Shown: piece by piece, positions 10,606 to 21,156 of the stretch
Position numbering within the stretch: the first letter of the stretch is position 1
Layout of the letters: the number at the start of each line of letters is the position of its first letter
Assembly: GCA_963816145.1 (NCBI GenBank)
Contig: CAWFJP010000011.1
Span: 192,001 to 256,000 of the forward strand
Origin: an uncultured delta proteobacterium
GTDB taxonomy: Bacteria; Desulfobacterota; Binatia; UBA9968
Reading direction: 5' to 3'
DNA length: 64,000 bases
The notes under the pieces: model-generated
What the model saw: the letters and a program-made list of their open reading frames with translations, nothing else
The model's database searches: none
Told to the model about the DNA's origin: nothing
Translations under genes and position numbers: made by a program

Positions 10606-11378
10606 TCCTCGCCGAAGCACACCCCGCGCTTCGAAGAGTTGATAAATTCCAAGAGGGCCAACACATCGCTGTTGGCCCTCGCGTCCTTTTCTACCTCTTT
10701 GACCGCCAAGGCAAGATTTCTCCCGCTGCGAAACAGTACGCGGAATGCCTGGCGGATCGCTCGGATCCTTTTATCATCGAATCCCGCGCGTTTGAGCCCG
10801 ACCACATTCACTCCGCGCACGGTGTGCTGCCAGTCGATGATCGCGAACGGCGGCACGTCACGGCTGGTGCCGCTCAGACCGCGCAACAATGCATAATCGC
10901 CAATCCTGACGAACTGGTGCACCACGCAGTTGCCGGAAATGAACACGTTCTTGCCGACTTCCACATAGCCGCCGAGCAAAGCGCCGTTGGCGATAATCAC
11001 GTGATCGGCCAGCACACAGTTATGGCCGACATGGGACGTGGCCATCAAGAAATTGTCGTTGCCGAGCACCGTCGCCGATCCGGCAGCGGTACCACGATGG
11101 ATCTGGGCGTACTCGCGAATAATATTGCGGTCGCCGATGCGCAGATAAGTTTCCTGTCCTTTATATGCCTTGTCTTGTGGCGCGCCGCCGACAGCCGCGC
11201 CCGGATGAATCTCATTGTCTTCGCCGATCTCGGTTAAGCCGGTCAGGTATGCATGGGCCATCACCCGCGTGCCGCGGCCGATCTTGACTGCGCTGTCGAT
11301 CACGACGTAGGGGCCGATTTCAACCGATGGATCGATCTCAGCTTTAGGATCGATCACTGCTGTGGGATGAATGCTCAT
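10602..11378 (-). CDS. lpxA: UDP-N-acetylglucosamine O-acyltransferase
   Basis: Hexapeptide repeats, PQDKAY, IHRGT, HVGHNC, VHQFVRIG, GVNVVGLKRAGF. Confidence 0.93.
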   Translation of the reverse strand: MSIHPTAVIDPKAEIDPSVEIGPYVVIDSAVKIGRGTRVMAHAYLTGLTEIGEDNEIHPGAAVGGAPQDKAYKGQETYLRIGDRNIIREYAQIHRGTAAGSATVLGNDNFLMATSHVGHNCVLADHVIIANGALLGGYVEVGKNVFISGNCVVHQFVRIGDYALLRGLSGTSRDVPPFAIIDWQHTVRGVNVVGLKRAGFDDKRIRAIRQAFRVLFRSGRNLALAVKEVEKDARANSDVLALLEFINSSKRGVCFGED

Positions 11379-11404
11379 GGAGCTGGCAATCTCTCGGCAA
11401 TATA

Positions 11405-11565
11405 AAATCCGAAATTCGAATCCCTAAATCCGAAACAAAAACACAATCAAAAAAGTTTCAATTACGGAAAAACCAAAACAACGAATCCCAACGATGCTCG
11501 TTTGGAATTTTACCCTACTTGGGGTCATTTGAATTTGTTTCGGATTTCGTGCTGCGAATTTTTTT
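11405..11565. repeat. Intergenic inverted repeat built of heptamers
   Basis: AAATCCG AAATTCG AATCCCT AAATCCGAAACAAA ... TTTGTTTCGGATTTCG. Confidence 0.7.
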
Positions 11566-11591
11566 GTTATCGCCCTCGGCAGACCAGCCGT

Positions 11592-11783
11592 CTATTGAAT
11601 CTTTTTATCGTCATCCTCGTTGTCCAGGAGCAGCTCGAAGTCATCGCCAGGGATCTTGTAGCGCTCCTCGACCCACGCGCCCAGATCGATCGTCTGACAG
11701 CGCTTGGAACAAAAGGGCCGGTGCGGATTGTTCTCCCACGCGGTCTCGACACGACAAGTCGGACACTTGACCGTCAGCGGCAT
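11592..11783 (-). CDS. yacG: DNA gyrase inhibitor YacG
   Basis: [24 protein letters not shown]. Confidence 0.92.
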   Translation of the reverse strand: MPLTVKCPTCRVETAWENNPHRPFCSKRCQTIDLGAWVEERYKIPGDDFELLLDNEDDDKKIQ

Positions 11784-11806
11784 GGTTTTCCCAGTGTTTA
11801 TGCCGA

Positions 11807-12772
11807 TTACTTTTCGAAAAACAATTCTTCGACCGTGAGCCGCTTTTCCATCAACCCCTGATCGAGGGAATAACCGACAAAACGCTCGAGGTTAGCGCGG
11901 TTCTTCGCGATACCATGCGGCCAGGGATCGTCGCCGAAAGCGGCGCGCTCTTCTTCGAACAAATGGCGCCCCCAGACAAAGCGCGACCAGTTGGGATCGT
12001 CATAATATTCCATGCAAGCCGCTTTAGCCTTGTCGAACGCCGCAGTCACGGAATTTGCCAGCCAAGGATTTTTGTTTAACACCGGATCCTTGAAGGCGAC
12101 TACATGCATGATCGGGAAATAACCATTCTTGCGGAAATAATTCGCCTCTTCGGCCTTGGGATCGGCGAACAAGCGGCGAATCGGGCCGCCGCCGCGCAAA
12201 GCTTCGTCAGGCGGATGGGGCACCATCAATGCATCGATCTCACCCTTCTCCAACATCGCGCCGATCTTTTGGCCGCGCTGAAGCAGCTGCATTTTCACGC
12301 CAGTCACCGGCTTGAGCGGAACCGCCTCATCTTTGGAAATATACCAATCGATGTCGCGCCAGGGAACGTTATACTCGGCCTGCAAATCGCCCTTGGCCAA
12401 AACCGACAGCGTGGTTTGGAACGTGCTCAAGCCGACCTTCTTCCCGACCAGATCCTGCGGTGTCTTGATCCCGGCGTTCACGTTCACCCACATTTGCGAC
12501 AGGCTGAACAAACGGCGCGGAAAGACCGGGATCGCGGTGAATGGCATGCCGCGGCTCTTGGCGATCAGGTAGGACGACAACGACAGTTCACAAATGTCGA
12601 ATTCGCCTTTTTGTAGCATGCGCTCATGACGGTCCTGGCCATGCTTGAGCGGATGCGATTGACCGACTTCGAGCACCTGCAAATCCACTCCCTCCGCCGT
12701 CACCGAACCATCGAATAACGGCACATGCCGGTCGTAGTGCGACAGTGCCAATGTCAGAGACAAATTTGCCAT
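11807..12772 (-). CDS. 4,5-dihydroxyphthalate decarboxylase-like / PBP2-fold protein
   Basis: [39 protein letters not shown]. Confidence 0.75.
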   Translation of the reverse strand: MANLSLTLALSHYDRHVPLFDGSVTAEGVDLQVLEVGQSHPLKHGQDRHERMLQKGEFDICELSLSSYLIAKSRGMPFTAIPVFPRRLFSLSQMWVNVNAGIKTPQDLVGKKVGLSTFQTTLSVLAKGDLQAEYNVPWRDIDWYISKDEAVPLKPVTGVKMQLLQRGQKIGAMLEKGEIDALMVPHPPDEALRGGGPIRRLFADPKAEEANYFRKNGYFPIMHVVAFKDPVLNKNPWLANSVTAAFDKAKAACMEYYDDPNWSRFVWGRHLFEEERAAFGDDPWPHGIAKNRANLERFVGYSLDQGLMEKRLTVEELFFEK

Positions 12773-12897
12773 ATCGGTACCTCTCTCGATTGCTGCCTAT
12801 TGCTTACTGCACTTTTCAAACGCTTTCCAGCCCGCAATGGGCGTATCGCAAAGACCTCGAACACCTATTATGACGATGATGGGAACCTCGGGAATTT

Positions 12898-12948
12898 TAG
12901 AGCGGGCGACCCGGGTCGAACCGGCGACGTCCAGCTTGGTAAAGTTGG
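12898..12948 (-). mobile_element. Degenerate 3' half of tRNA-Gly (att-site remnant)
   Basis: Minus strand reads CCAAGCTGGACGTCGCCGGTTCGACCCGGGTCGCCCGCTCTA: anticodon 3' strand, T-arm GGTTCGA and acceptor CGCCCGCT as in tRNA-Gly; no D-arm or 5' half. Confidence 0.65.
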
Positions 12949-13047
12949 ATTGAAGTCTAAAAACTTAGTCGATTATTTCTGGCTTAAGAACTTTTTATGA
13001 TCTTCATGAATTTCATTTAGATCTGCGTCCCAGACCGAAAACTTGGG

Positions 13048-14811
13048 CTAGTGGCGCAGATATAGGGCCATGCCGACACTGATCAGAATGATCGGGATTT
13101 GTAACAGCACGTCGGGATGTTGGTTGTAGAAGGTCCACCTGTCCTGAGCCTGGTGCTCTTCCCCAATCTGCCGGCTAGCCAGCAGCGCTTTGATGGAGAT
13201 TCCCAGAACGAGCGGTAAAGGATTGATCCACACGCCTTTTCGTAGAAAGAAGTTTGCAACGGCAAACATGGCCCAGGTCAATCCGGCGAGTATAATTAGA
13301 TTTAACACTAGAATGCCAAGGGAACGAAAATACGCCGGTGCCTTGACGAAGATTCCTCCCAGGGAACTTGCGGGCAGTTGATCCCTAGCTCGCCGCGCGC
13401 GCCCGTAGGCTTTCCAACTCCATGCGAACAGCACTCCGAGGAGCGAACCGAGCAAAACGTCAAGCCAGAATGCGATGACATGGTTGACACCAATGGCGCC
13501 ATGCACGTTGCTGTAATAGACAGCGCCATTAAAAGCGACCTCCGGGACATCCTTAGAGGTTAACAGATTCACACGGAGTAAATCATCACCGAGGAACACC
13601 ACTCTACCTTCTAAACCAGCCGGAATGATTTTGGCTATCGGTTCGTCCCGGCGAAGATTTGCAAGATCAAGGAATGCGATGTGGGCCAATGTCTCGTGGT
13701 ACTGACTGCTAATCGTGCCGATTCCCCCAAAGTCCCGCGGAAAAGTCATGAGGGCGATCTTCTCCATGAGCGCATTTATTTCTTCGCGAAGATTGCGCGA
13801 GCTTGACGGGCTACCGATCAGGCGAATAGCAAACGAATCCCGAAACAGCGTACAAGCGTCCAAGGCTGGATCGATAGCGTTCTGGATCTGTTGGATGTCA
13901 GGTTGCCGTTTGGGCAGCGCTCGTCGCGAGACCTCGTAAACAACATTCCCGAGCGTTGGGATACCTCGGTCGAAGATAACTCCGTCGCCTCGGCCGCTAT
14001 CACGCGGCGGCACGTCATAAGCGATATGCAGGTTTGGGATCCGACACAAGTCGACGATCCATTCCAGCCGCCTTAACAACGCGCGCTGTTCAAAGGCAGG
14101 GCCGTCGTTCAGGATCGCCTGAAACTCGCTGGCAATTAAGGGTAGCGGTGACGTTTTCACGACGACGGTGGTTTTTTTCGTCGCATCGGCTAGCGCCTGG
14201 CTGACGGCAGATCGAGCCTGCATCGCCTTACGTATGCTTTCAGCGGGGGGAGCCGTGTCATCGGGAAGCGAACCGCAGCCGCCTGGTGTGGCGGAGGTTG
14301 ATGGGATTTCAAACCCTGGGACGACAGTGCTGCGCGACGCCTCAACGTTGACGGCGCGGAGGTAGTCACATTCGGGATCATTCAGCCGAGGGTCGTCCCA
14401 TTTGGGATCGAGAGAATCCAAATTAATCGCCAACACACGAGGCTCTTGCGCTGCGGCGGCTTGAATGAGTAGTGCGGCTAAAGCAGCGGGATATAGCCGC
14501 TCCAACTTCGCCTGCGCAGGAAGCCGAGGAACGATTAATACGAGAGGACGATCTTTCGCGGCGTGGGGATTCCACTCCGGGCGAAATCCTTTGGCTTGAA
14601 TGTCTTTGCGCACTTTATCGTCCTCCTGCGCCTGAAAGTAAGTCATAAACATACGCGTGGCTAAATCGAACGGCTCAAACCAGCGCGTCTGCTCCAAAGC
14701 CACGGTCGCGGAAGCAAGGGTCATAGCCAGGAGCACATGGTGGACGAATGAATAAAATTTTGTCCACGTGAGGCGAAAAAAAGGGGCCTTTTCTTGGTTA
14801 ACCATAGTCAT
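13048..14811 (-). CDS. Membrane protein with a divergent CHASE2-like extracellular domain
   Basis: N-terminal TM, PRVLAINLD and LEGRVVFLG segments, several C-terminal TM helices, no cytoplasmic output domain. Confidence 0.55.
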   Translation of the reverse strand: MTMVNQEKAPFFRLTWTKFYSFVHHVLLAMTLASATVALEQTRWFEPFDLATRMFMTYFQAQEDDKVRKDIQAKGFRPEWNPHAAKDRPLVLIVPRLPAQAKLERLYPAALAALLIQAAAAQEPRVLAINLDSLDPKWDDPRLNDPECDYLRAVNVEASRSTVVPGFEIPSTSATPGGCGSLPDDTAPPAESIRKAMQARSAVSQALADATKKTTVVVKTSPLPLIASEFQAILNDGPAFEQRALLRRLEWIVDLCRIPNLHIAYDVPPRDSGRGDGVIFDRGIPTLGNVVYEVSRRALPKRQPDIQQIQNAIDPALDACTLFRDSFAIRLIGSPSSSRNLREEINALMEKIALMTFPRDFGGIGTISSQYHETLAHIAFLDLANLRRDEPIAKIIPAGLEGRVVFLGDDLLRVNLLTSKDVPEVAFNGAVYYSNVHGAIGVNHVIAFWLDVLLGSLLGVLFAWSWKAYGRARRARDQLPASSLGGIFVKAPAYFRSLGILVLNLIILAGLTWAMFAVANFFLRKGVWINPLPLVLGISIKALLASRQIGEEHQAQDRWTFYNQHPDVLLQIPIILISVGMALYLRH

Positions 14812-15061
14812 TTTGCCGATGCCAATGCAGGAAACTGTCTTCGGCGCACATGTTGATCGAGCGACGGGCCGGAAACGATCGGAGAATATTAACCGAGCTC
14901 ACCTAATGTCAAGCATAGATCCAGGATTGCGATCCTGAGCTCCAAATACACCGCCAGCGGAAAAGTGTCAGGCAAACTTTCGAGCACGATAGCCCCCGAT
15001 TATGCACACGGGATTCTCGCTCGAATGAGTTCGCCTTGCGGCTGACAAGAGAAACACCGCC

Positions 15062-16513
15062 TTAATTCTTACGCTTGCTCTTTGCTTCATTGATAAAAGG
15101 CTCAAAGCTTTTCTTTAACGCTGGATCAAGCTCGAAGGCTTTCTTGAAATCGCTCTCCGCCTCGGCGTCTCTGCGCAGATAGAGGTGGGATATTCCCCGC
15201 CCCGCGTAGGCCCGAGCGTACTGTGGATCAATGCGCAGGGCTGCATCGTAATCCTGGATCGCGCGCTGCTGTTGCCCAAGCATGTTGTAGGCACCACCGC
15301 GGTTGCTGTAAGCGCTTGCCGAGCGTGGGTTGATACGGATGGTCTCGTCAAAATCCTGGATCGCACGTTGATATTGGCTAAGAGTGCTATACGCGAGTCC
15401 CCGCCGGTAGTAGGCCTCGTCCATTCGCGGGTTGAGACGGAGCGCCTCGTCGTAATGAGAGATCGCCTCTTTATGTTGCCCTGCTAATTGGAGTCGTAAC
15501 GCCTCATCGAAGGGGTTCACTCCCCTCCTCTCGGGCTTGGCCGCAGGCTTGTTTTGACGCTTGGCTATCGCTTGCTTGATCAACGGCTCAAAAGTCTCCT
15601 CTAAATTCGGATCGAGATCGAAGGCTTTCTTGAAATCACTCCCCGCTTCAGCGTCTCTGCCGAGATCGAGCAAGGCTAACCCTCTGTCGGTGTAGGCACG
15701 AGCATAACGCGGATTTATCCGGATGGCTTCGCTGTGGTCCTGAATCGCCTGCTGGTACTGCCCAAGATTTCGGTAGGCAATACCCCGGTTGTGGTAAGCT
15801 GCAGCATCGCGGGGGTCGAACCGGATCGCCTCGCCATAGTCCTGGATCGCGCGCTGGTATTGCTCAAGCTTTCTATAGGCATTACCTCGGTTGAAGTAGG
15901 CCTTAGCGTAGCGAGGGTTGAGCCGGATCGCCTCGTCGTAATCTTGGATGGCACGCTGGTTTTGCCCAAGATCGTTACGGGCATTGCCCCGGTTGTAGTA
16001 GGACTCGGGTAAGCGGGGGTTCAACCGGATCGCCTCGTCGTAATCTTGAATGGCACGCTGGTTTTGCCCAAGATTCTTATAGGCACTTCCCCGATTGGTG
16101 TAGGCACCCGCATGGTGAGGGTTGAGTCGGATCGCCTCGTCGTAATCTTGGATGGCACGCTGGTTTTGCCCAAGATTCTTATAGGCAACACCCCGGTTGC
16201 TGTAGGCATCCGCATCGCGAGGGTTGAGTCGAATCACCTCGTCGTAATCTTGGATGGCACGCTGGTATTGCCCAAGATTTTTATAGGCGATACCTCGGTT
16301 GTGGTAGGCATCAACATGGCGCGGATTCAGCCGGATCGCCTCATCAAAACGCGAGATCGCCTCGCGGTTCCGTCCGGCTTTGAGAAGATCTGTGCCTCGA
16401 TTGTAGGCCTCAACCGCCGCGTTACTCGCTGTCTGCGCCCAAACGAGACCCGGCAGCGTGCGGCCAGTGACAATCACTACGAATAGGACAATGCCTGCTC
16501 GCGTAAGCTTCAC
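15062..16513 (-). CDS. Secreted TPR repeat protein
   Basis: Signal peptide plus about 12 repeats of 34 aa (AY.NRG.AY..LGQ.QRAIQDYDEAIRLNP). Confidence 0.92.
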   Translation of the reverse strand: MKLTRAGIVLFVVIVTGRTLPGLVWAQTASNAAVEAYNRGTDLLKAGRNREAISRFDEAIRLNPRHVDAYHNRGIAYKNLGQYQRAIQDYDEVIRLNPRDADAYSNRGVAYKNLGQNQRAIQDYDEAIRLNPHHAGAYTNRGSAYKNLGQNQRAIQDYDEAIRLNPRLPESYYNRGNARNDLGQNQRAIQDYDEAIRLNPRYAKAYFNRGNAYRKLEQYQRAIQDYGEAIRFDPRDAAAYHNRGIAYRNLGQYQQAIQDHSEAIRINPRYARAYTDRGLALLDLGRDAEAGSDFKKAFDLDPNLEETFEPLIKQAIAKRQNKPAAKPERRGVNPFDEALRLQLAGQHKEAISHYDEALRLNPRMDEAYYRRGLAYSTLSQYQRAIQDFDETIRINPRSASAYSNRGGAYNMLGQQQRAIQDYDAALRIDPQYARAYAGRGISHLYLRRDAEAESDFKKAFELDPALKKSFEPFINEAKSKRKN

Positions 16514-16706
16514 AGTTCGCCTCCGAATTCCTTCTAGCCAACTGAGTTGAAAGTCTCGTTACCTCAACGATAAGGAAATGTCTATCTCTGCCTGCGAGCC
16601 GACGCAAGTTTGACATCATACCGGTGATCGGAATATCTTCCTTCGGCTAAAACAGGTCCACCTTATCCCGTGATCACCGTCAACGAACACTAACCCATCC
16701 GCTATC

Positions 16707-17909
16707 GTGATGTTCCCCATGAGAATTCGGTTTTCTCTGTTCGAGGGCGATTGGGTCAACCGCCTCTTCGCGTCCATAGGGGTGGGAGGTCGGCGGGCCC
16801 GCGATCTAGCAGCGCGTTGTCTCATACTCGTAGGGATCACGTGGATCCCGCTCGCCGTGCTGGCATTTCTAGGCGGCGTAGGCAAAGGACCTGGAGGTGA
16901 GAATTTTTTCAAAGACATTGCGGCCTATATGCAGCTTATTCTGGGGCTGCCGCTGTTCGTCGTAGCGGAGCGCATCGTCTCAGCGCATACGCGGGAAGCG
17001 GCGAGCCAATTCGTGTCAACAGGAGTGATTAGGCATCAAGACGCGGCTCGGTTAAGTAAGTTTTACAGCACCATCGAACGGTTGAGAAAATCAATAACCT
17101 CCGATCTCGTGTGCGTAGCGATAGCCTACTTCTTGAGCGTCATGACCATTTTGCCGATGCTCGATGATGAAAAACAAACATGGCATGCGTACATAACAAA
17201 GGGAGGGATACATGAAACACTCAGTGCCGCCGGCTGGTGGGAGTTTCTTGTTGCCCTTCCATTGCTGAACTACTGGTGGCTGCGGTGGATTTGGAAGATC
17301 GTTCTGTGGTCCTGGTACCTGTTCCACTTGTCCCGATTCCGCCTCAGGCTGCTTGCTTCCCACCCCGATCGTACAGGCGGCATTGGGTTTCTCAGCGATG
17401 TGCAAACACGATTCGGCCTGGTGATTTTCGCTTACGGGATTACCAACGTGGCGTCAACCATCGCATACAAGATGGCATTCGAAGGCGCTACTCTCGCGCA
17501 TCATTCAGTCTGGGGTCCCCTCGTGGGATTCGTGATTGGCGCGCCGCTTTTATTCACGATACCGCTCCTCATGTTCACGAGACCGCTCCATCGCGCTAAG
17601 AAGCGGGCGGTTGAACGGTATCATAAAAGAGCCATCGAACGCGCTCTGGCCTTTGAACAAAAATGGTTAGAGCCGCGCTCACACGGAAGGTACGAACCGG
17701 TTGGAGACGCCGAGCTGATCGGTTTGAGTAACCTCAACGCTGTGTACGACCATATTAGAAAGATGCGCGTTGTCCCGATTGACGTCCGGTCGTTCTTGGA
17801 GTTGACGATGCAAACGGCCGGGTCACTGGCGCCCCTGCTGCCCTATCTTGATATCCCGGAACCAAACCTCAAGATGCTGGAGAGTCTGTACAAAGCGCTA
17901 ACGCACTAG
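16707..17909 (+). CDS. Polytopic membrane hypothetical protein
   Basis: About 7 hydrophobic segments; HPDRTGGIGFL and MRVVP motifs. Confidence 0.8.
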   Translation: MMFPMRIRFSLFEGDWVNRLFASIGVGGRRARDLAARCLILVGITWIPLAVLAFLGGVGKGPGGENFFKDIAAYMQLILGLPLFVVAERIVSAHTREAASQFVSTGVIRHQDAARLSKFYSTIERLRKSITSDLVCVAIAYFLSVMTILPMLDDEKQTWHAYITKGGIHETLSAAGWWEFLVALPLLNYWWLRWIWKIVLWSWYLFHLSRFRLRLLASHPDRTGGIGFLSDVQTRFGLVIFAYGITNVASTIAYKMAFEGATLAHHSVWGPLVGFVIGAPLLFTIPLLMFTRPLHRAKKRAVERYHKRAIERALAFEQKWLEPRSHGRYEPVGDAELIGLSNLNAVYDHIRKMRVVPIDVRSFLELTMQTAGSLAPLLPYLDIPEPNLKMLESLYKALTH

Positions 17910-18058
17910 ATTTGCGCGAACTTTAGGATCGCGCAACGCGCTTGCTGAGTGCTGCGAATGTTGGACTGGGCACAGAGCGGGTCTTCGGGCGGTTTGACTG
18001 AGGAAAGGTTTTCACCGGCCGACTGGATATCTTTAGCCGTCATGACGAGAGCAATTCC

Positions 18059-18481
18059 CTAGCCAAGCAAATTGAAGCCGGTGGCAAAGGTTGCGAGCAC
18101 CCAAGCAATACCGGCAAGCATCGCGGAGAAAAGTTTTACACGCAACAGGAGGAGCCATTTGAGGCCGAGCGCGATGACGCTCGCAACCGCAGGCGTTAGC
18201 ACGACCCAAACGAGCCAATCAGAGGGAGCACTAGACGCCGCGTCGAGCTTTCTTGCGAGCCAGTAACCTCCTGCACCGAATGAAAATACGTAAATCACTA
18301 TGCCGAGCCACGTGGCTTCTTTCCCGATGCGCCCGAGAGTATTGATAAAGGCGATGAAGATGCCTTTTATGAGGTCCGGTTTCCTGCTCTCGCTCTTGAG
18401 AGGCGTTTGAAGATGATCCGACGAGCTGAGGCAGGTTGGCAAACGACGCTCAAACCACGAGATTCGAGCACGATCTGGCAT
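18059..18481 (-). CDS. Small membrane hypothetical protein (start uncertain)
   Basis: Three hydrophobic helices in the C-terminal 100 aa. Confidence 0.5.
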   Translation of the reverse strand: MPDRARISWFERRLPTCLSSSDHLQTPLKSESRKPDLIKGIFIAFINTLGRIGKEATWLGIVIYVFSFGAGGYWLARKLDAASSAPSDWLVWVVLTPAVASVIALGLKWLLLLRVKLFSAMLAGIAWVLATFATGFNLLG

Positions 18482-18492
18482 CGCTTCGGCCC

Positions 18493-18541
18493 TCAGTGAT
18501 CACCCAAAACCGGCCATTAGTGATCACTTCAAAACCGGCCA
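18493..18541 (+). mobile_element. Isolated IS21-family terminal repeat
   Basis: Tandem AGTGATCACCCAAAACCGGCCA / AGTGATCACTTCAAAACCGGCCA, the reiterated end motif I recall for IS21 elements; no istA/istB. Confidence 0.6.
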
Positions 18542-18800
18542 ACGGTAGAAGGGTTCGAGACATTGACAGCGCAGCGAAGCCTTTTAGTTTTCCCGGTTAG
18601 ATTCAATTTGGTACTTTCTTGTTCCGCGGCAGTCATTGATGATGTTTGGGAAATGATCGCGTTCGATTCGATGGTCACAAACCGCAGGGGGCTGGGAACT
18701 TTTTCACTCACAGCCTATCTAAGCCAAAAGCGTGATCGAGTTGCCGCCCTCCGTTCGGAAGGCGAGGTTGGATAGAATAAGGATTCAAGGCTGATCGTAA

Positions 18801-19151
18801 TTGCCGATTCCTCATACCCCAATGGCACATGTTATGCCAAAGTTTCGAGCGTCAACGGCAACAATTTTGTTGCTCTCGTTGTCGGCGTCGGCGGCGGCCT
18901 GCCTGGGAACAAGCTCTGCGCAACCTCGCGCTGGTCAAAAACAACCGGTAGCCGAAGAGTCCATCGGGACCGCGATGATGAAAGACGATGGGACGATCGT
19001 CCTGCGACTCCGAGCGAAATCCTCCAGCGGCGCGTTGGGCGAGGGAGTCTTGACCTATCCCCCAAGTCATCCCGAATATAAGAATGTTCTTTCCCATATC
19101 GGCCCGATTCGTGTAGGTCAAATAGTCCCTGTAAGGCCGTGGCCGGATTGA
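18801..19151 (+). CDS. Secreted hypothetical protein
   Basis: Signal-like N-terminus; ESIGTAMMKDDGTIVLRLRA..YPPSHPEY..PVRPWPD. Confidence 0.7.
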   Translation: MPIPHTPMAHVMPKFRASTATILLLSLSASAAACLGTSSAQPRAGQKQPVAEESIGTAMMKDDGTIVLRLRAKSSSGALGEGVLTYPPSHPEYKNVLSHIGPIRVGQIVPVRPWPD

Positions 19152-19253
19152 TGTTTGGGTGATCTGTCTGAAACTGGTGACCAAGAACAGATGCGTAACT
19201 CGGTAGCGCAACTTGCGCCCTTCGTTAAAATAGTCCAAGCGGAGGTTCATACC

Positions 19254-20044
19254 ATGAGCAAACAATTTTATTGTCGCGTCATCGGATCAATCGCTCTTGC
19301 CGGGAGCATCGCGTTAGCGACGTCGGCGTCGGGCGAAACACCATCACCGGACCCCACCGATCGCATGACGCGGTATGGTCTGACGGTTCACGACGTTGAA
19401 GACGTTGACCGCGCGGTCCCCGACGCTTTCAAGAATTTATCGGAGATTTGGACCAAATTTTCACTGAGCATCGTCTCAATTATCGGAGCCCCACACTGAA
19501 ACGCTACGTGCGTGATCGTGTAGCGCGCTGCGAATCTCACTTTCTCTCCGTTGGCAACGCGTTCTACTGCCAATCCGACGACATCATTTGGTACGACCCG
19601 ATCTTTCTGGCTCGAGTAAAAAAAGTTGTCGAGAACCGCAGCAAGCAGCGTGCGGACTCCGTGCCGTCTCTGATTATTGCTCACGAGTGGGGACATGCGA
19701 TATCCGCGCGATTTGGATTTGGTAAGCAAACGACAGGAACTAATGTGGAAAACGATGCCGACTGCTACGCCGGCGCGGCGACCCGCGAGCTCATCAATGC
19801 GCGACGACTTCCCGCCACAGCAATCCGGCAAGCAGAGCAAATGTTCGAAGCGAAGGCAGAGCCGGACTCCTGGGCGACCGGGACGTTCACGGATATCCTT
19901 TCCCGATCGCACGGCGTCAAATCCGAGCGCAAGCTGGTTTTCAACTTTGGCGCGGAATTGGGAACCAAAAGTTGCCAAAACGAAAAACGCTATTACGACA
20001 GTCTGCGCAAAGTGCAGAAGCCAATAGTCAAGCAGACACTGTGA
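19254..20044 (+). CDS. Secreted neutral zinc metallopeptidase (YpfJ-like), frameshift near 19460
   Basis: Signal peptide in one frame; NAFYC, IAHEWGHAI, ENDADCYAG and SHG in the next. Confidence 0.8.
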
Positions 20045-20530
20045 ACTGATTAGAGGTGTACGCGATCTCCCCTCGCACAATCCCGATCGGTGCCCCCAGC
20101 AAAGAAAAATCGGCGATGGTCAACGGTTGCAACTCGGACAGTTCTTCTTGCGTCATGATCTCGACACACGCGCGCGACTCCATCAGCAACCGCCCCAATT
20201 GATTTTGACCGCTCAAGACCCCATCTTCTTGCTCGACCGCACCCCAGAAGCGGTCATTACGAGACTTTTCAACTATCGGTCTGTTTCCTGTCCCCCGCAA
20301 TAACCTGGATATTCGATGGTACTGCTGAGCAAGTTTTACGCTCAGTACCCAGTGCATCACTTCTACCTCGATTTCATCCCAATCCGATCTGGAGTGACAC
20401 TTTCGCCTGCCGTCTTTCTTTGATTTCGTCTTTCCCGCCATAGGGTTTTGCTGACTGATGATTTCTCGCTGCCACTCCGGTTGGCGCGGGAAGCGACAGG
20501 CTTGATACAACACTTCGTTGGCACCGAGAA
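20028..20530 (-). pseudogene. NADAR (YbiA-like) protein lacking its N-terminus
   Basis: EVLYQACRFP, RSDWDEI..VM..VL..K, IVEKSRNDRFWG, GQNQLGRLLM. Confidence 0.75.
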
Positions 20531-20542
20531 CAGTTCGGCCAG

Positions 20543-21139
20543 ATGCCAGGTTTTTCGGACAATCCGCGCGTCCAACAAAGCCTAGCCGCTGGTGAAGTGC
20601 GGGACTGGCGCGGGAAGGTTCGCAGCTACGCAGTATTACAATACGTGCCGGGCCTCGTGCTCGATGCCTGGCTGGAGACAGCACCGACAACTCGGTTGCC
20701 AGTTCAGAGTCTTCTGGAGCAGATTTTCATGGACATGGTTATTCCGTTGTGGAGCCTTGGACATCGAGGTTGGGATCTTCGCTCAGGAAACATGATTGTC
20801 GATCCGGGAACACAACAACTCACACTGATCGACACCGATTCCTACCAAAATACATTCGCCGAGGTGACCGGTAGCGACCTAGGCTGGGACAGGCGCGACG
20901 ATTTCGAGGGCAAATTCTTTCGCCGGGGAGTTGGCAGACTCGTAAACCGGATTCGCCAGGGCAAGCAAAAAACTGCCGTCCGCAAGAAAAGCGAGCTGCG
21001 AATTGTCAGCGTGTTGGAGGGTTCGGGATTTCGGGCCGCGTTGCATGACCTCGGACGACCGGGCACTGAGCCCGGCACAGCCGCAATAGCCCGGCAAGCT
21101 TGTGTTCAATTCCTGGATCAGTTGGAGATAATGATCTGA
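20543..21139 (+). CDS. Protein kinase-like fold fragment
   Basis: AVLQYVPG, HRGWDLRSGNMIV and LIDTD resemble a kinase hinge, catalytic loop and DFG-equivalent; N-lobe missing. Confidence 0.5.
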   Translation: MPGFSDNPRVQQSLAAGEVRDWRGKVRSYAVLQYVPGLVLDAWLETAPTTRLPVQSLLEQIFMDMVIPLWSLGHRGWDLRSGNMIVDPGTQQLTLIDTDSYQNTFAEVTGSDLGWDRRDDFEGKFFRRGVGRLVNRIRQGKQKTAVRKKSELRIVSVLEGSGFRAALHDLGRPGTEPGTAAIARQACVQFLDQLEIMI

Positions 21140-21156
21140 TCCAGAGTCACTGCAGA

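Noticed and set aside
12898-12948. Functional tRNA
   Set aside because: Only the 3' half is present, the anticodon loop is altered and there is no CCA
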